Notes: generated by a model from the letters alone, not told the origin. Counted from the stretch's first letter, positions 43,701 through 53,293 are shown. The stretch: 53,366 nt of DNA from a virus (IMGVR_UViG_3300005611_000037:1-53366), one strand, 5' to 3'. Program-made: numbers and translations.

Positions 43701-44715
43701 TTTTTATATTACGTAAAGCTTTTGCTTGCAGTTCTTTTGATGCGTCCGCTAATTCTCTGCCAAGTAATTCTGGTCTTTCAAAACCAAGTCTACTTTGTGG
43801 CGCCATAAAATCTTGAATATTTTTTGACAAATTAAGAGCATCTTGTTGCCCTAAGTTACCACCTTTGGTTGCCAACTCTACGTCTTTATTAATTTGATTA
43901 AAGGTGGTTTCTACATTTTCTTTAATGGCTCCTAGTTGAGCAGTTTTAGCAGCAGATAATTGAGCTACCAAATCATTTGGTTTTCTTCCTGCAAAGGTAA
44001 AATTTTTACGAAAAAAATCACCAAACATATTGTTAGCTAATGAAGCATCACCTTCTACGTTCTTACCTTTTGATAAAGCTTTAGCCACAGGAGAAGCCAG
44101 AGGAGCAATCATATCGCTTGCTAACCCAGCAGTTTTACCAACAAGTCCTAGGGCAGCAGGTGCAGTTAACATAATCCCAGCAGTTTCACCGACCACTCCC
44201 AATCTTTCCATCAAACGAGCAGAAGCTTTTTCAGCACCATTTAGTCTAGCCAATCTATCTTCGTCCGATTCGCTATCAAAAAATACATCGGTTAAGGTTT
44301 GTACGTCATCGGTAGCAACAGCGCCATCTACCGCTGCGGCTCCTAGTATTTGTTTTGCTTTACCAGCTTTAGATAGTAAGCCAACTGTACCCAAACCTGG
44401 GACACCAAACTGTGTTATAAACTGTGCTGTTTTACCGACATCGCCTTCAACCTCTGGTTTAATGCTTTCAAAGTATTCGTTAACATCATCGGTTAGATCT
44501 GTATCAAAAAACAAATCTACACCAGTTGTTGCTAATTCTGTTAGACCTTGAGGGATTGAAATTAAACCAGCGCCAATACCACGACCTAGTTCACCAAGCA
44601 CAGATTGATCTGGAGATCTAAGTCTATTTAAACGTTCTTCTGCTTTTTGAATAGCTTCTGGTGAATCGTCTTCGACATATAATCTTGTGCCATCATTTAA
44701 AGTTATTATTGGCAT
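40789..44715 (-). CDS. large internal virion (ejection) protein
   Basis: 1308 aa helical protein, last gene of the ejection cluster. Confidence 0.65.
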   Translation of the reverse strand: MPIITLNDGTRLYVEDDSPEAIQKAEERLNRLRSPDQSVLGELGRGIGAGLISIPQGLTELATTGVDLFFDTDLTDDVNEYFESIKPEVEGDVGKTAQFITQFGVPGLGTVGLLSKAGKAKQILGAAAVDGAVATDDVQTLTDVFFDSESDEDRLARLNGAEKASARLMERLGVVGETAGIMLTAPAALGLVGKTAGLASDMIAPLASPVAKALSKGKNVEGDASLANNMFGDFFRKNFTFAGRKPNDLVAQLSAAKTAQLGAIKENVETTFNQINKDVELATKGGNLGQQDALNLSKNIQDFMAPQSRLGFERPELLGRELADASKELQAKALRNIKSYEGAGNKIDYKALGIDENLSISKMLEENRNSINLLEKEILDLSTPGDDQLVKLFIPDEVKNAIAANQGTYGSRSYKAFLDAGYTVPQDLKENALREMQQKMGISRIEAETAFDGLLNPGPKNKAAYDFETPNFLVEGLQFGSLKGRTLNNLPEVRKALGEVTGYGKNDWKEAIANTALATQTTMAKLGSLVGKSKMFDDIKVLNDNAQQFGQQKFLKDFRGQLSPGQQLPDEIVQEGIKYKKFSENAGALKDLYAQDIFHDAIMGATTDLLANTGAIGQSIKGLLALKAGTQYGKTVLSPTTQIRNFTSIPFFALMNGNLGASGRFVDAVNTVFAGLFDPSKRALKRGVVKDAKDYGIIQRGGAVLDEIRTLARYATEDSSIYQKVTGSELGRKAKKLTGIETFEKAYSMSDDAARMFAWNAEQAKLKNAIKASGAQPIPVRSARATIEFKDIISNTPNGPVVKASDLTGEALEKFVKAEAAEITLNTVPTYSRVPDAVKAMKYFPLLGNFVAFPSEIIRNTANTLARASAELASGNSELAKIGARRLAGAATVTMGLPTALVATGNALTGVDQEKTDAYKRSFAAPWDKTATLIPTGSDKNGNPTGFYNFSYTNPYDYLQRPVKALMMEVMNGNRNERSLLDTSFRATTSAASELFSPFYEPSLGINTFLQAYNGETDTGRTIWNDTDTEGDKLLKSIAYITDEIAPSVVPFNISADPGGGVLGIKFEQKDFPRVVTSSIFGSTDGQGEDKLITRKGTRLDPAETMVQAFSGLKVVKPQIEKSLRYKGFSANEAIRNSSNEFNRVLRSSNLRDAEDFVKSYIRSNEGRYNSLRDLYTAIEDARLLGLDSYKIDRELARAKVSNRELVMQGIFKPIELQEGLLSEALRSDYNKARQPVPIEKLYQLGMMLGGQDLVGSFNQPTFSQPQPRPQDLNIQPVVTRTPNVGQPTVRNVDALRQEEINKLLGLG

Positions 44716-44717
44716 AG

Positions 44718-46082
44718 TTATACCTCTTGTATGGCATAATTTTGTCTTATGTAATTATTAAAATCTGTTATGTTGTCAAATTGATTTGCTAAAGATAATA
44801 GTGTTAATGAATCAATTACATTGCCGCTTGTATCAACAATATTAATTCTATCTGGTGATGTTCCTGGGCTTAAGGCATTTTTTACAATAGCTACTAATTG
44901 TTCTCCTTGAAATCCTGAAAGTTGATCTAATATACTTTTTTGAGTTTTACCTTTACCTGTCAAATACATTTCAGCAAGATCAGGATTTTCTTGTAGCATT
45001 TCTAATGTTCGTATGGCTGCTGGTACTGATTCTTCTTGTCTGGTTTTTTCTCCCAAGTAACCTTCACCAAAAGCAACTGCTGCATTAATTGGTGCTATGC
45101 CTTCTCTTGGTTTCATCATGTTTAAAAATCCAGCCAATGAAGCTTGTGGATTTTTTTGTATGAAATCAAAAATAGGATTGGTTGATGTTACTGGCGGTTG
45201 AACCACATCACCGCTTGGTGCTGGTGTTGGTGCTGGTGTGGGAGTTTGATCTGCGCCAACTACTAGAGCAGACACTTGTTCTTTTTCATCTTTTGGAGAC
45301 ATTGCAGAACCAAGTACTGCAGCACTACCTAATCCACCTATTACTGCTGGAACTACTGAAGATGTTGTACTAACAGCAGGAGTTACTGGTACCAATGGAC
45401 CACCTTGTGGAACTAATGGACCACCTTGTTGTGGTACTACTTGTTGACTTGATGGTACGCCCGATGGTTGACCTTCGCCAGATTTTACTTTAACTCTTTC
45501 TTTTTTAGCTTTACTAGATTGCTCTAAAGATTCTTTTGACTTGTCGGTAGATGTTGGTTTGTCTTCTTTTGGTTTACTTTTTTTACCAAAATGTTTTTTG
45601 TAAATATCTTTTATTGACCTTATGGTTGATTTAATAATACCACCTTTGTTCATTTTTTTAGGCAGACTATCTACTATGCCACCATCTGCCATTTTTGGTT
45701 TCATTTCTTCTGACAGTTTTTGTTCAGCAATGTTTTGTGCTAAAGATAAAAGTTGTTGTTGCTCTTGTGGCTCAACATCGTTAAGAATTTCTTGCATTTC
45801 TGGATCGTTAACAAGCATGTTTGTAAGATCAATGCCTAAAGCAGTGCCTGCTAGTTTCCCTGCTGGTACGTTTAATGGACTTAAGTTAAGTGCTTTATTG
45901 GCTGCCATAGCCGATCTTATTGCTCTATTAGCACCAGCTCCAAGTGGTCCTGCAAAGTAAAGAGGTGCAAGTGCCATGCTTAGTGGATCATCAGGGTCAG
46001 CAATAAAGTCTGTAATATCTCTTAAGTTAAAGCTTTCTGGATCTTTCTCTAAGCTAAGAAAATCTAATATACCATTACTCAT
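44718..46082 (-). CDS. putative internal virion protein
   Basis: Low-complexity; KMADGGIV and KMNKGGII motifs. Confidence 0.55.
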   Translation of the reverse strand: MSNGILDFLSLEKDPESFNLRDITDFIADPDDPLSMALAPLYFAGPLGAGANRAIRSAMAANKALNLSPLNVPAGKLAGTALGIDLTNMLVNDPEMQEILNDVEPQEQQQLLSLAQNIAEQKLSEEMKPKMADGGIVDSLPKKMNKGGIIKSTIRSIKDIYKKHFGKKSKPKEDKPTSTDKSKESLEQSSKAKKERVKVKSGEGQPSGVPSSQQVVPQQGGPLVPQGGPLVPVTPAVSTTSSVVPAVIGGLGSAAVLGSAMSPKDEKEQVSALVVGADQTPTPAPTPAPSGDVVQPPVTSTNPIFDFIQKNPQASLAGFLNMMKPREGIAPINAAVAFGEGYLGEKTRQEESVPAAIRTLEMLQENPDLAEMYLTGKGKTQKSILDQLSGFQGEQLVAIVKNALSPGTSPDRINIVDTSGNVIDSLTLLSLANQFDNITDFNNYIRQNYAIQEV

Positions 46083-47344
46083 TAAGACATTGCTCCTATA
46101 CCACCGCCAACGCCAGCACCGCCAGCTTGACCGCCTTGTTGACCACCGCCAAAGAGACTACCTAAAAAGTTACCAAAGTTAAAGCCGCCACCTTGACCGC
46201 CACCTTGACCGCCAAATATGGTTGCTAAAGAACCTAAAGCACCAATGCCTTGAGCTATACCGCTAGGCTGTTGGTAAGATTGTGGTTGATATAGTTGAGT
46301 TGTAGTACCACCGCCCATTTGATTGTATGGTAAACCAGCTAATAATTGCTGTCCTCTCATCAGTCTTTGGAATGGCATGTCAGCCATTCTTTGTGCTGCT
46401 TGGAATTGTCTGCTTAATGCAGATTGTTGAGTTTGTTGTCCTTGACCGCCTAGCTGATTCATGAGACCAATTTGTGAAGCTAATTGTTGTTGTCCTTGTT
46501 GTCCAAGACCTGAGAAACCAGAACCGATCTGTCCAAACTGACTACCAAGTCCTGCTGTGGTTTGTCCTAGTCCTGCTATCTGTTGACCGATACCAGCTTG
46601 TTGTGTACCGAGACCAGCTTGCAATCCAGCCAATCCACTTTGTGCTTGTCTTGCTTGTTCAAATGCTGACTGTGCTTGTTGTTGCGCTCTACCAAAACCA
46701 CTACTTCTAAGGGCGCCTATTCTTTCTGAAGCACCTCTTGCTGCTTGTCGTGCCAACTCTTCTTGTCCAAGTCTTGCTCTTGAACCACCAAAAGCGCCAC
46801 TAGAAATAGCTCTTTGTCTAGCGCCAATATCGGATTGTGCTAGACCTTCACTTACGTCTCTCATGGTTTGTTGAACAACGTCTTGTTCAAATGGGTCGTA
46901 AAAAGCTCTACCCATTCTTGGATCGTACATGCCTAGACTACCAAGTCCTGTTTGTTCGGCACGAGATAAGGTATCTAAACCTCGACCCATAGCACGTTCA
47001 GCCTCTGGTAAGTATTCCAATGCACCTCTAGTAACGTCTTCTTGTTGTCTTAATAGTCTTTCTGATTCTTGAAGATAAGGTCTAAAACCACCCAGATCTT
47101 GTGTTAAAGCACGGGCTTGTAATTGTAAAGGAGTAAGTCCTGCTGTTTGTTCTATTGGCACGTCCATTCTTGCGCCAATCATGCCTGGGCTTTCTCCTGG
47201 GACACCAAAGTAAGAAGCAAGCATTCTTCGGCTGTAGTCCTCTACATAAGGAGAAATCATTCTGTAACTTGTTTCTGGTGTTACAACAGTTTGGGCTGGT
47301 GGACCCATTTTGGTTGTGCTTTGTAAAAAATCAAATATGCTCAT
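46082..47344 (-). CDS. putative DNA pilot/ejection protein
   Basis: Gln/Gly-rich heptads, GAFGGSR motif, G-rich hydrophobic C-terminus. Confidence 0.65.
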   Translation of the reverse strand: MSIFDFLQSTTKMGPPAQTVVTPETSYRMISPYVEDYSRRMLASYFGVPGESPGMIGARMDVPIEQTAGLTPLQLQARALTQDLGGFRPYLQESERLLRQQEDVTRGALEYLPEAERAMGRGLDTLSRAEQTGLGSLGMYDPRMGRAFYDPFEQDVVQQTMRDVSEGLAQSDIGARQRAISSGAFGGSRARLGQEELARQAARGASERIGALRSSGFGRAQQQAQSAFEQARQAQSGLAGLQAGLGTQQAGIGQQIAGLGQTTAGLGSQFGQIGSGFSGLGQQGQQQLASQIGLMNQLGGQGQQTQQSALSRQFQAAQRMADMPFQRLMRGQQLLAGLPYNQMGGGTTTQLYQPQSYQQPSGIAQGIGALGSLATIFGGQGGGQGGGFNFGNFLGSLFGGGQQGGQAGGAGVGGGIGAMS

Positions 47345-48849
47345 TAGATCATGCTCCCTAAACCTTCGGCTAATTTTTGCTGGTCATACAATTGTTTTGC
47401 TCCCATCATTCTTTGTTCGTACATATCACTTGGGTCAGCGCCCATCATTAAACCCAAACCTCTAACTGCTGCTGCATTGGTAACAAACTCACCATCGGAA
47501 AGCATGGCTGGGATTTCATCGCCTTTTTCACCGCCTGGGCCTGTTATTAGTTTGTCTCTTTCTGGAAACTCACTAACGTCAACTCCAGCTTCGCCTGTGC
47601 CTTCAGCCGCATAAAGCTGTCCAGGTATTCTTCTTGATTGTAAATTAAATAAAGCTTCTTGTGGTGGTGCAACTAATGGACTAAATGGTACACCTCTAGC
47701 TTGAGCGTATAGTTTTTCTACTTCACTTGGGTAATACATGTAAGCTGGTGGTCTGTCCATGTAAGGATCTACAGTAATAGATTGTCCAGGTGTTGTAGCA
47801 CCATACATAGAATAAGGGTTAAACTCTGTACTTTGACCCATTCCTGGCATACCGCCCATTCCTGGCATACCGCCCATGCTTGGCATACCGCCATAACCAC
47901 CGCCTTGGCCACCGCCAAACATACCAAATAGTTTGGCTAGTTGTTCTTGTTGTTCTTTAATTCTTTTGTCTTGTTGTTTTTGTGCTAAGTAACCTAAACC
48001 CAATCTACCTAAGTCTGACTGAAATCCGCCTATGCCACCTAGCAATGCCCCTGGACCACCGCCAGTTAGACCGCCACGTATTATGTCAGCTAAAATATTT
48101 CTTTGACCTTCAGCACCACCGCCCATCAAACTAGATAGAAAATTACCACCTTGGCCGCCACCGCCTAATCCAAGATTGCCAAAAAGACCAACCTTATCAG
48201 CACCAGGTAAAACAAATTCACCAAGGCTTCCGAGACCACCCATTATGTTGCTACCAATGTTTCCTAAAGTCGTACCAGCACCACCGAGTAAATTACCTAA
48301 ACTGCCAAGTCCACCTTTTAATGCACCACCAACGCTACCTAAACCACTTCCTATGGCAGAGCCTGCTGCGCCCAATCCACTTCCTATAGCTGACCCAACT
48401 CCAGGTATTAATAAACTGCCTAAAAGTGCAGCAGTTTTTGGATTGTCTTTAATGCTACCAACAAGACCTTTACCACTTGGGTCAAGTCCTAAAATATCGT
48501 CTGTTACTTTTTTGAAACCTTTCTTTAGTTTTTTAACAAGACCACCCAAAACCATTTTTTGTGGTTCTTCCATTAAATTAGCTATACCACCCATTTCTTC
48601 TGCTTCTAAATTTTGAATGGCTTGTAACATATCCATTCTATCTTTTTGTCTAAGAAACTCTTCAACCTCGTCCAGATCTTCTTGACTCATATCCAAAGCA
48701 TCTGGTGGTAGCATTGGCATACCGCCCATCATACCGCCCATAAAATAACCTGGGACATCGTAGCCAAATTTATCTTCTACTAAAGCTGGTTCTTCTTTTG
48801 CTAGTTTTTGTAAACCTTCGTTTGCTTGTGCTAAACTTTTTAAACTCAT
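47344..48849 (-). CDS. putative internal virion protein with glycine zipper
   Basis: Gly-rich hydrophobic helices; C-terminal GPGGEKGDEIPAMLSDGEFV.NA.AV domain. Confidence 0.65.
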   Translation of the reverse strand: MSLKSLAQANEGLQKLAKEEPALVEDKFGYDVPGYFMGGMMGGMPMLPPDALDMSQEDLDEVEEFLRQKDRMDMLQAIQNLEAEEMGGIANLMEEPQKMVLGGLVKKLKKGFKKVTDDILGLDPSGKGLVGSIKDNPKTAALLGSLLIPGVGSAIGSGLGAAGSAIGSGLGSVGGALKGGLGSLGNLLGGAGTTLGNIGSNIMGGLGSLGEFVLPGADKVGLFGNLGLGGGGQGGNFLSSLMGGGAEGQRNILADIIRGGLTGGGPGALLGGIGGFQSDLGRLGLGYLAQKQQDKRIKEQQEQLAKLFGMFGGGQGGGYGGMPSMGGMPGMGGMPGMGQSTEFNPYSMYGATTPGQSITVDPYMDRPPAYMYYPSEVEKLYAQARGVPFSPLVAPPQEALFNLQSRRIPGQLYAAEGTGEAGVDVSEFPERDKLITGPGGEKGDEIPAMLSDGEFVTNAAAVRGLGLMMGADPSDMYEQRMMGAKQLYDQQKLAEGLGSMI

Positions 48850-49241
48850 TTCTCTCTAGAAATTCCTTTTGTTTTTTCAAATGTTCTGAGGCCACCTAGG
48901 CCAAGCATCCCCATTAAAATGGTGGACAGTTGTGCGAAATCAAATTCGGGTAAATTTATTTCATTATAACCGAATAAACTTAAAACAGTATATAAAAGTG
49001 GGTTTAAAATAAAGTGCCAAAGAAGAGCAAAGCCACACACCCAGCCAATAAAAGGGCGCCACCCAGCAACAAATATACTCTTATGAGCAGCCTCCGCCTT
49101 GTTGACTTCCAGTTGCGCCATATTAGCTTTGTGAATTTCGGACTTGAGTTCATATTCTAATTTGGTTTTAAGGTCTTTATCAGCTACAAATTTACCAAGT
49201 ATTTTCTCAATTGGCGATATTAAATCGTTTAAATCTATCAT
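48846..49241 (-). CDS. holin (3TM/GTA-type)
   Basis: FVAGWRPFIGWVCG, MLGLGGLRTFEK. Confidence 0.85.
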   Translation of the reverse strand: MIDLNDLISPIEKILGKFVADKDLKTKLEYELKSEIHKANMAQLEVNKAEAAHKSIFVAGWRPFIGWVCGFALLWHFILNPLLYTVLSLFGYNEINLPEFDFAQLSTILMGMLGLGGLRTFEKTKGISREK

Positions 49242-49579
49242 GAATACCTTGTTCTTTTTCTACGATCTGACATAACAGATCCACAACCTTTGTGTAATCT
49301 AGAAATAATACCACCATTTGCTTTTTTAGTGAATGTTTTCACCATGGTTGGTTTACCGCCTACACCTTGTGGTTTGGCTCTTTTTCTAGCAACAGCGCTT
49401 TTTCTTTCTGATTCACTCATACGTTTAGCAGTTGATCTGGGAACACACTTGGGATATTTTCTTTTTGAACCTTTTGCAGACTTACGCCCACAAGGTTGAA
49501 ACTTGCCTTTCTTTTTTGGCGCACCAATATCAACCCAATCACCTTTGGGTCCCTTACCAAACCATTCTGTTAAAGACAT
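49238..49579 (-). CDS. DUF5872-like basic protein
   Basis: L.EWF...WVDI...CGRK...YPKCVP; ends ANGGII...KGCGSV. Confidence 0.65.
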   Translation of the reverse strand: MSLTEWFGKGPKGDWVDIGAPKKKGKFQPCGRKSAKGSKRKYPKCVPRSTAKRMSESERKSAVARKRAKPQGVGGKPTMVKTFTKKANGGIISRLHKGCGSVMSDRRKRTRYS

Positions 49580-49752
49580 TATTTATATTTACCGCCTCTT
49601 TTTTTGTAAGTTCTAACTAGCCAAGCGTTTGCGTATGCACTTGGGTACACTTTAAATTTACGTTTTGCCTCAGACTTAACCCTAGAATATAAGGTAGGGT
49701 TGGCTGGTTTAGGACTTTTTTTGCTACTCGATGTTTTTCTTTTAGCTACCAT
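49579..49752 (-). CDS. 57-aa basic protein not in the ORF track (LYSRVKSEAKRKFKVYPSAYANAWLV..YKKRGG)
   Basis: Manual translation; TAATG coupling; resembles the N-terminal part of DUF5872 proteins. Confidence 0.75.
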   Translation of the reverse strand: MVAKRKTSSSKKSPKPANPTLYSRVKSEAKRKFKVYPSAYANAWLVRTYKKRGGKYK

Positions 49753-49771
49753 AAAAATATTTTAAACCAAT

Positions 49772-50083
49772 TTAAGGAGTAGAAACAGTAACAGAACCCA
49801 ATCCGCTTGTGCTAGATAATCCTGTTACATAAGTTCTATGCGTTGTTAGATCTATAAATTCTGTGCCATCAAAAACCTGTAAAACTTCAGTAGTGGTGTT
49901 GAATATAATTGTGCCTGCTGAAAAGTTGCTTTGATCTCTTACTTCAGTTGTCATAGATAGAGTAGCAACTGGATCGAAAGCGTTTAAGTTTATCTCAAGA
50001 ATCCTAACTAATTTGTTAAATGTAGCAGCACTAACATATTGACCATTTTCTAAAGGTAATCTTGAGTTTAATAGTTTTGCCAT
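49772..50083 (-). CDS. putative tail-associated protein
   Basis: GTIIFNTTT..LQVFDG motif; TAATG coupling. Confidence 0.6.
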   Translation of the reverse strand: MAKLLNSRLPLENGQYVSAATFNKLVRILEINLNAFDPVATLSMTTEVRDQSNFSAGTIIFNTTTEVLQVFDGTEFIDLTTHRTYVTGLSSTSGLGSVTVSTP

Positions 50084-51972
50084 TATCTCCTGCCATCTGG
50101 TCTTATATCTAATCTAGTTGCACCAAGTCGCCACTTAAAGCCCATTCTATTACCAGCAGGTGCATCATCGTCTGACTCTACTCTAAAAACTATTTGTCTT
50201 GCCCTACCTCTAATAAAAGATTGCTGTGTTGAGCTACTGATAACGCTAGTTGAACTGGTTGATAAACTATCCCCTGGAAAGTTTCTTGTTTTAATAACAA
50301 AGTTTATTTGTCCACCATTAGCATCTGAACCAAAAAAACTTACATCAGGAATTATTCTGCGTAAAAAACTAAATTGTTCGCCATCTTGCAGATCAAGATC
50401 TCCAGATTCTAAGAAAACATTATCCATAGGACTACCATCATCGTCATCACCAACCTCATGGTTATATAAATAGTTTGTGCTACTTACTATGCCAGTTGCT
50501 CTTGGTTTTTCAAAAACGCCATCGTCTATCCAAGCATGTCTTTCTAATTGTCCAATAGACCAAGTCCTTTCTAAATAATTGTAGGTAACATATCTATCAA
50601 TTTCTTCACTAGAACCAGAACAATAAAACCAACCGACTTCGTTAAATTCTCTATTGGTAAAAGCAAATGTTTTAAATGACTGAGACTGGTTAAAATCATC
50701 TATAACATAGTTTAAAACCGAACAAGATAATCTTTGTACTGATCCGTTGTAAACATAAAAACCATCACGCGTCATCCAGTAGACACCATCTGGGGCATTT
50801 ATGGCGCCATTAGGACCAATTAATCCTACGTTTTGGTTTATTAAGTTAACGCCAAAAGTAAAAGGTGCGCCAATAAATTGCATAGAATACAAAGCAGTAT
50901 CAGTCCAAATTAGTATTTCTTGTCTTGACTGAAGGCCACCAATAATGGTTGAACCAGATGACAGTCTTAAAGATCCTGCTGTATTGGTTAATTGTGGTTC
51001 CCATTCAGCTATGTTTTCCTGATCTGAAAAAGCTATTAACATCGGATCTATAGAACCTGTTCTAGCTGTGCCTGCATCGTTTATAGGGTCTGCGCCTAAA
51101 ACAACAACGTGCCTATCTACTTCAGAAATTAAAACTTGCAATCCTTTGGTTGGTGCTAAATTAGCTCCGGATAAAGATGTAATATTAACTGCTCTGGTAG
51201 ATATGCCACTACTTTCGTCCCAGTAATAAATACCGCCTGCTCTTACGTTAGCAACTAGATCTTCGCCAAAATTGTCTTGTGACCATAATCGTAATTGGTT
51301 TGTATCTGAAAGTCCTGTTACTGAACCCCAAGCTCCACTACCCCAAGGAGATACACCCCAACCAGTACCAGACACATAATTATCCAATCCCACATTAATT
51401 TGATAGGCGCCTACTGTTGAACCACCGCCATTACCAGTATCAGACCCATCAGCTAAAACTGGATCACCATTCGTATCTTTAGCTTCTATCGTGTAGCTAT
51501 TTGAATTTACGATCGTATCAATTTGATATTCTTGATTTAAAACAGTGTCTGTTATATTGCCACCCAAAGAAACTGCGCCACTATAAGTTACAAAATCACC
51601 TTTAACAGCGCCATGTCCTGTATCAGAAACTGTAAGGGTAGCATCACCATTGACTGCAGCAAAAGTAACATCGCCAGCCGAAGTGGTTTCTCTTATTGGT
51701 GTAATATCGTTGTAATTATCACCTTCTAACACATAAAGTTTAGATGTCGTGCCAAGCCCTAAATAAGAAGTCCCTTCTAATGAAGTCCATGGAAACAAAG
51801 ATCTGCATTTACCAATAAAGGAATTAGCATTAGCTTTTTCCCAACCACCTATTTTTTCTGGCAGCCCTTTTCTGAATCTTACCAAGTTACCATCAAACCA
51901 ACCATTTTCATCAAGCAAAGATGTTGTCTCTTTATTGATGCCTGGATTAAAAATGTATTTGACTAAACTCAT
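50083..51972 (-). CDS. tail nozzle / packaged-DNA stabilisation protein (P22 gp10-like beta-propeller)
   Basis: PGINKE, VRFR.GLPEKIGGW, LWSQDNFGEDL, FSDQE, C-terminal PDGRR. Confidence 0.75.
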   Translation of the reverse strand: MSLVKYIFNPGINKETTSLLDENGWFDGNLVRFRKGLPEKIGGWEKANANSFIGKCRSLFPWTSLEGTSYLGLGTTSKLYVLEGDNYNDITPIRETTSAGDVTFAAVNGDATLTVSDTGHGAVKGDFVTYSGAVSLGGNITDTVLNQEYQIDTIVNSNSYTIEAKDTNGDPVLADGSDTGNGGGSTVGAYQINVGLDNYVSGTGWGVSPWGSGAWGSVTGLSDTNQLRLWSQDNFGEDLVANVRAGGIYYWDESSGISTRAVNITSLSGANLAPTKGLQVLISEVDRHVVVLGADPINDAGTARTGSIDPMLIAFSDQENIAEWEPQLTNTAGSLRLSSGSTIIGGLQSRQEILIWTDTALYSMQFIGAPFTFGVNLINQNVGLIGPNGAINAPDGVYWMTRDGFYVYNGSVQRLSCSVLNYVIDDFNQSQSFKTFAFTNREFNEVGWFYCSGSSEEIDRYVTYNYLERTWSIGQLERHAWIDDGVFEKPRATGIVSSTNYLYNHEVGDDDDGSPMDNVFLESGDLDLQDGEQFSFLRRIIPDVSFFGSDANGGQINFVIKTRNFPGDSLSTSSTSVISSSTQQSFIRGRARQIVFRVESDDDAPAGNRMGFKWRLGATRLDIRPDGRR

Positions 51973-52193
51973 AACAATTCCTTTAATTTTTTTTCATACC
52001 ACTCGGCTTTCTCTAGATCCTGTTTGCCATTTCTAAAACGAAATCTCCACCTATATTTAAAACTATTGCCCCTTAAATATCCTATCAATTCTTCTTTAGA
52101 GAGCATAGATTTTAAAGCATCAAAAGCTTCTATTTCACCTTGATTGTAATGCTTTGGTTTAGAAACTGGATCGTATTTTATTTTATTTGCCAT
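51969..52193 (-). CDS. DUF3310 (T7 gp1.7-like nucleotide kinase family) protein
   Basis: VSKPKHYN.GEIE, GN..KY.WR...NG.QDLEKAEWY. Confidence 0.85.
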   Translation of the reverse strand: MANKIKYDPVSKPKHYNQGEIEAFDALKSMLSKEELIGYLRGNSFKYRWRFRFRNGKQDLEKAEWYEKKLKELL

Positions 52194-52654
52194 TGTTCTT
52201 TTAACTTTATATCTTCTTCAGATTCTGTTATGTTATTTTTTATTTCTAATATTAAGTTAACAGATTTATTTAAACTTTCCTGACTATTAACAGTCTTTAT
52301 ATATTCTACTTTTTTTTGATAAGTTTTTCCTAGATTATAATTAGGTTCAAAAATAACTTTATCTCTAGATAAAAAAACAAAAGCAAATATATCAACCTCT
52401 TCGCCATCGTAAGTTCTATATTCTTTGGTGCTTGTTTTTTTCTTTTTTATGTCCCAACGCACCCAGTCTGAACCATGATGGTTAAAAGTGCTATCGGTTG
52501 TTTTAACTTGTATTTTAAAATTTTGATTGTTTTTATGACATAAGAAATCAAACCTTGAAGAAGAAGGTGCGGTAAAAACATCATCAAAAATTCTAGCTAA
52601 ATGCGATGCAGCTAAATATTCTCCAGCTAGTCCTATTCTAAGATTCTTCGGCAT
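52178..52654 (-). CDS. PD-(D/E)XK endonuclease
   Basis: G.AGEY, RFD, KIQVKT, Y....VDIFAFV. Confidence 0.78.
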   Translation of the reverse strand: MPKNLRIGLAGEYLAASHLARIFDDVFTAPSSSRFDFLCHKNNQNFKIQVKTTDSTFNHHGSDWVRWDIKKKKTSTKEYRTYDGEEVDIFAFVFLSRDKVIFEPNYNLGKTYQKKVEYIKTVNSQESLNKSVNLILEIKNNITESEEDIKLKEQWQIK

Positions 52655-53075
52655 AAGCGTCTTCTTTCATCATTCTTGCAAGACGCTCTGATCTTTCGCC
52701 AACTTGTTTTGACCATTTACTATCTAGCATTTCATCTGATGCTTTGTTGTAGTCTTCTTCATACAATGCTTGCATCATTTTTTTAAACTTAAAAAGTCTG
52801 TTGCCTAAATTAAAATACATGTCAAGCAAGACAACTTGACGACATTCAGAAAGATTGTTCCAAAAAGATAAATTGTTTTCTAGTATGGTTTGACAGCGAT
52901 TTATATCATTTTCTAAAAGATATTCAGCTTCGTCTAAAGAAATGCCACCATTCAATTGAGGATCTACCATACGGCCTATTCCAATTGTCCAATAGCCTTC
53001 GGTATCTTGGTATACGGAAGATTTAAAACCTTCGTGAAGTTTTAGGAGATCTTTTAATTTTTGTTTCCAAATCAT
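52638..53075 (-). CDS. lysozyme/endolysin (GH24, T4-like)
   Basis: HEG....YQDTEGYWTIGIG, DMYFNLG, EMLDSKW..QV..R..RL. Confidence 0.92.
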   Translation of the reverse strand: MIWKQKLKDLLKLHEGFKSSVYQDTEGYWTIGIGRMVDPQLNGGISLDEAEYLLENDINRCQTILENNLSFWNNLSECRQVVLLDMYFNLGNRLFKFKKMMQALYEEDYNKASDEMLDSKWSKQVGERSERLARMMKEDAYAEES

Positions 53076-53293
53076 TAAAAAAGATTACGCACAATTAAAG
53101 TAATTATGCTAGAAATCAAAACGATTAAGAGACCAATTATGGTTTTAGTACCATTATCTAATTTAGTATTGATCTCTTTAACGTCCCGATCTATTTCATC
53201 AAATTTATTAAATGCAGTTTTCCATCTTTCAGCACACTCTTTTTCGTGAACCGCTAATTCTAAATGTACATCTGCTGCAGTTTTTCTTGCCAT
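53075..53293 (-). CDS. small coiled-coil membrane protein (XhlA-like)
   Basis: HEKECAERW, coiled coil, C-terminal TM helix. Confidence 0.65.
   Translation of the reverse strand: MARKTAADVHLELAVHEKECAERWKTAFNKFDEIDRDVKEINTKLDNGTKTIIGLLIVLISSIITLIVRNLF

Noticed and set aside
47344-48849. Tape-measure protein
   Set aside because: The GPG...D.IPAMLSDGEFV motif also occurs in tape measures, but no tail tube or tail assembly chaperone genes are recognisable and the layout is podoviral
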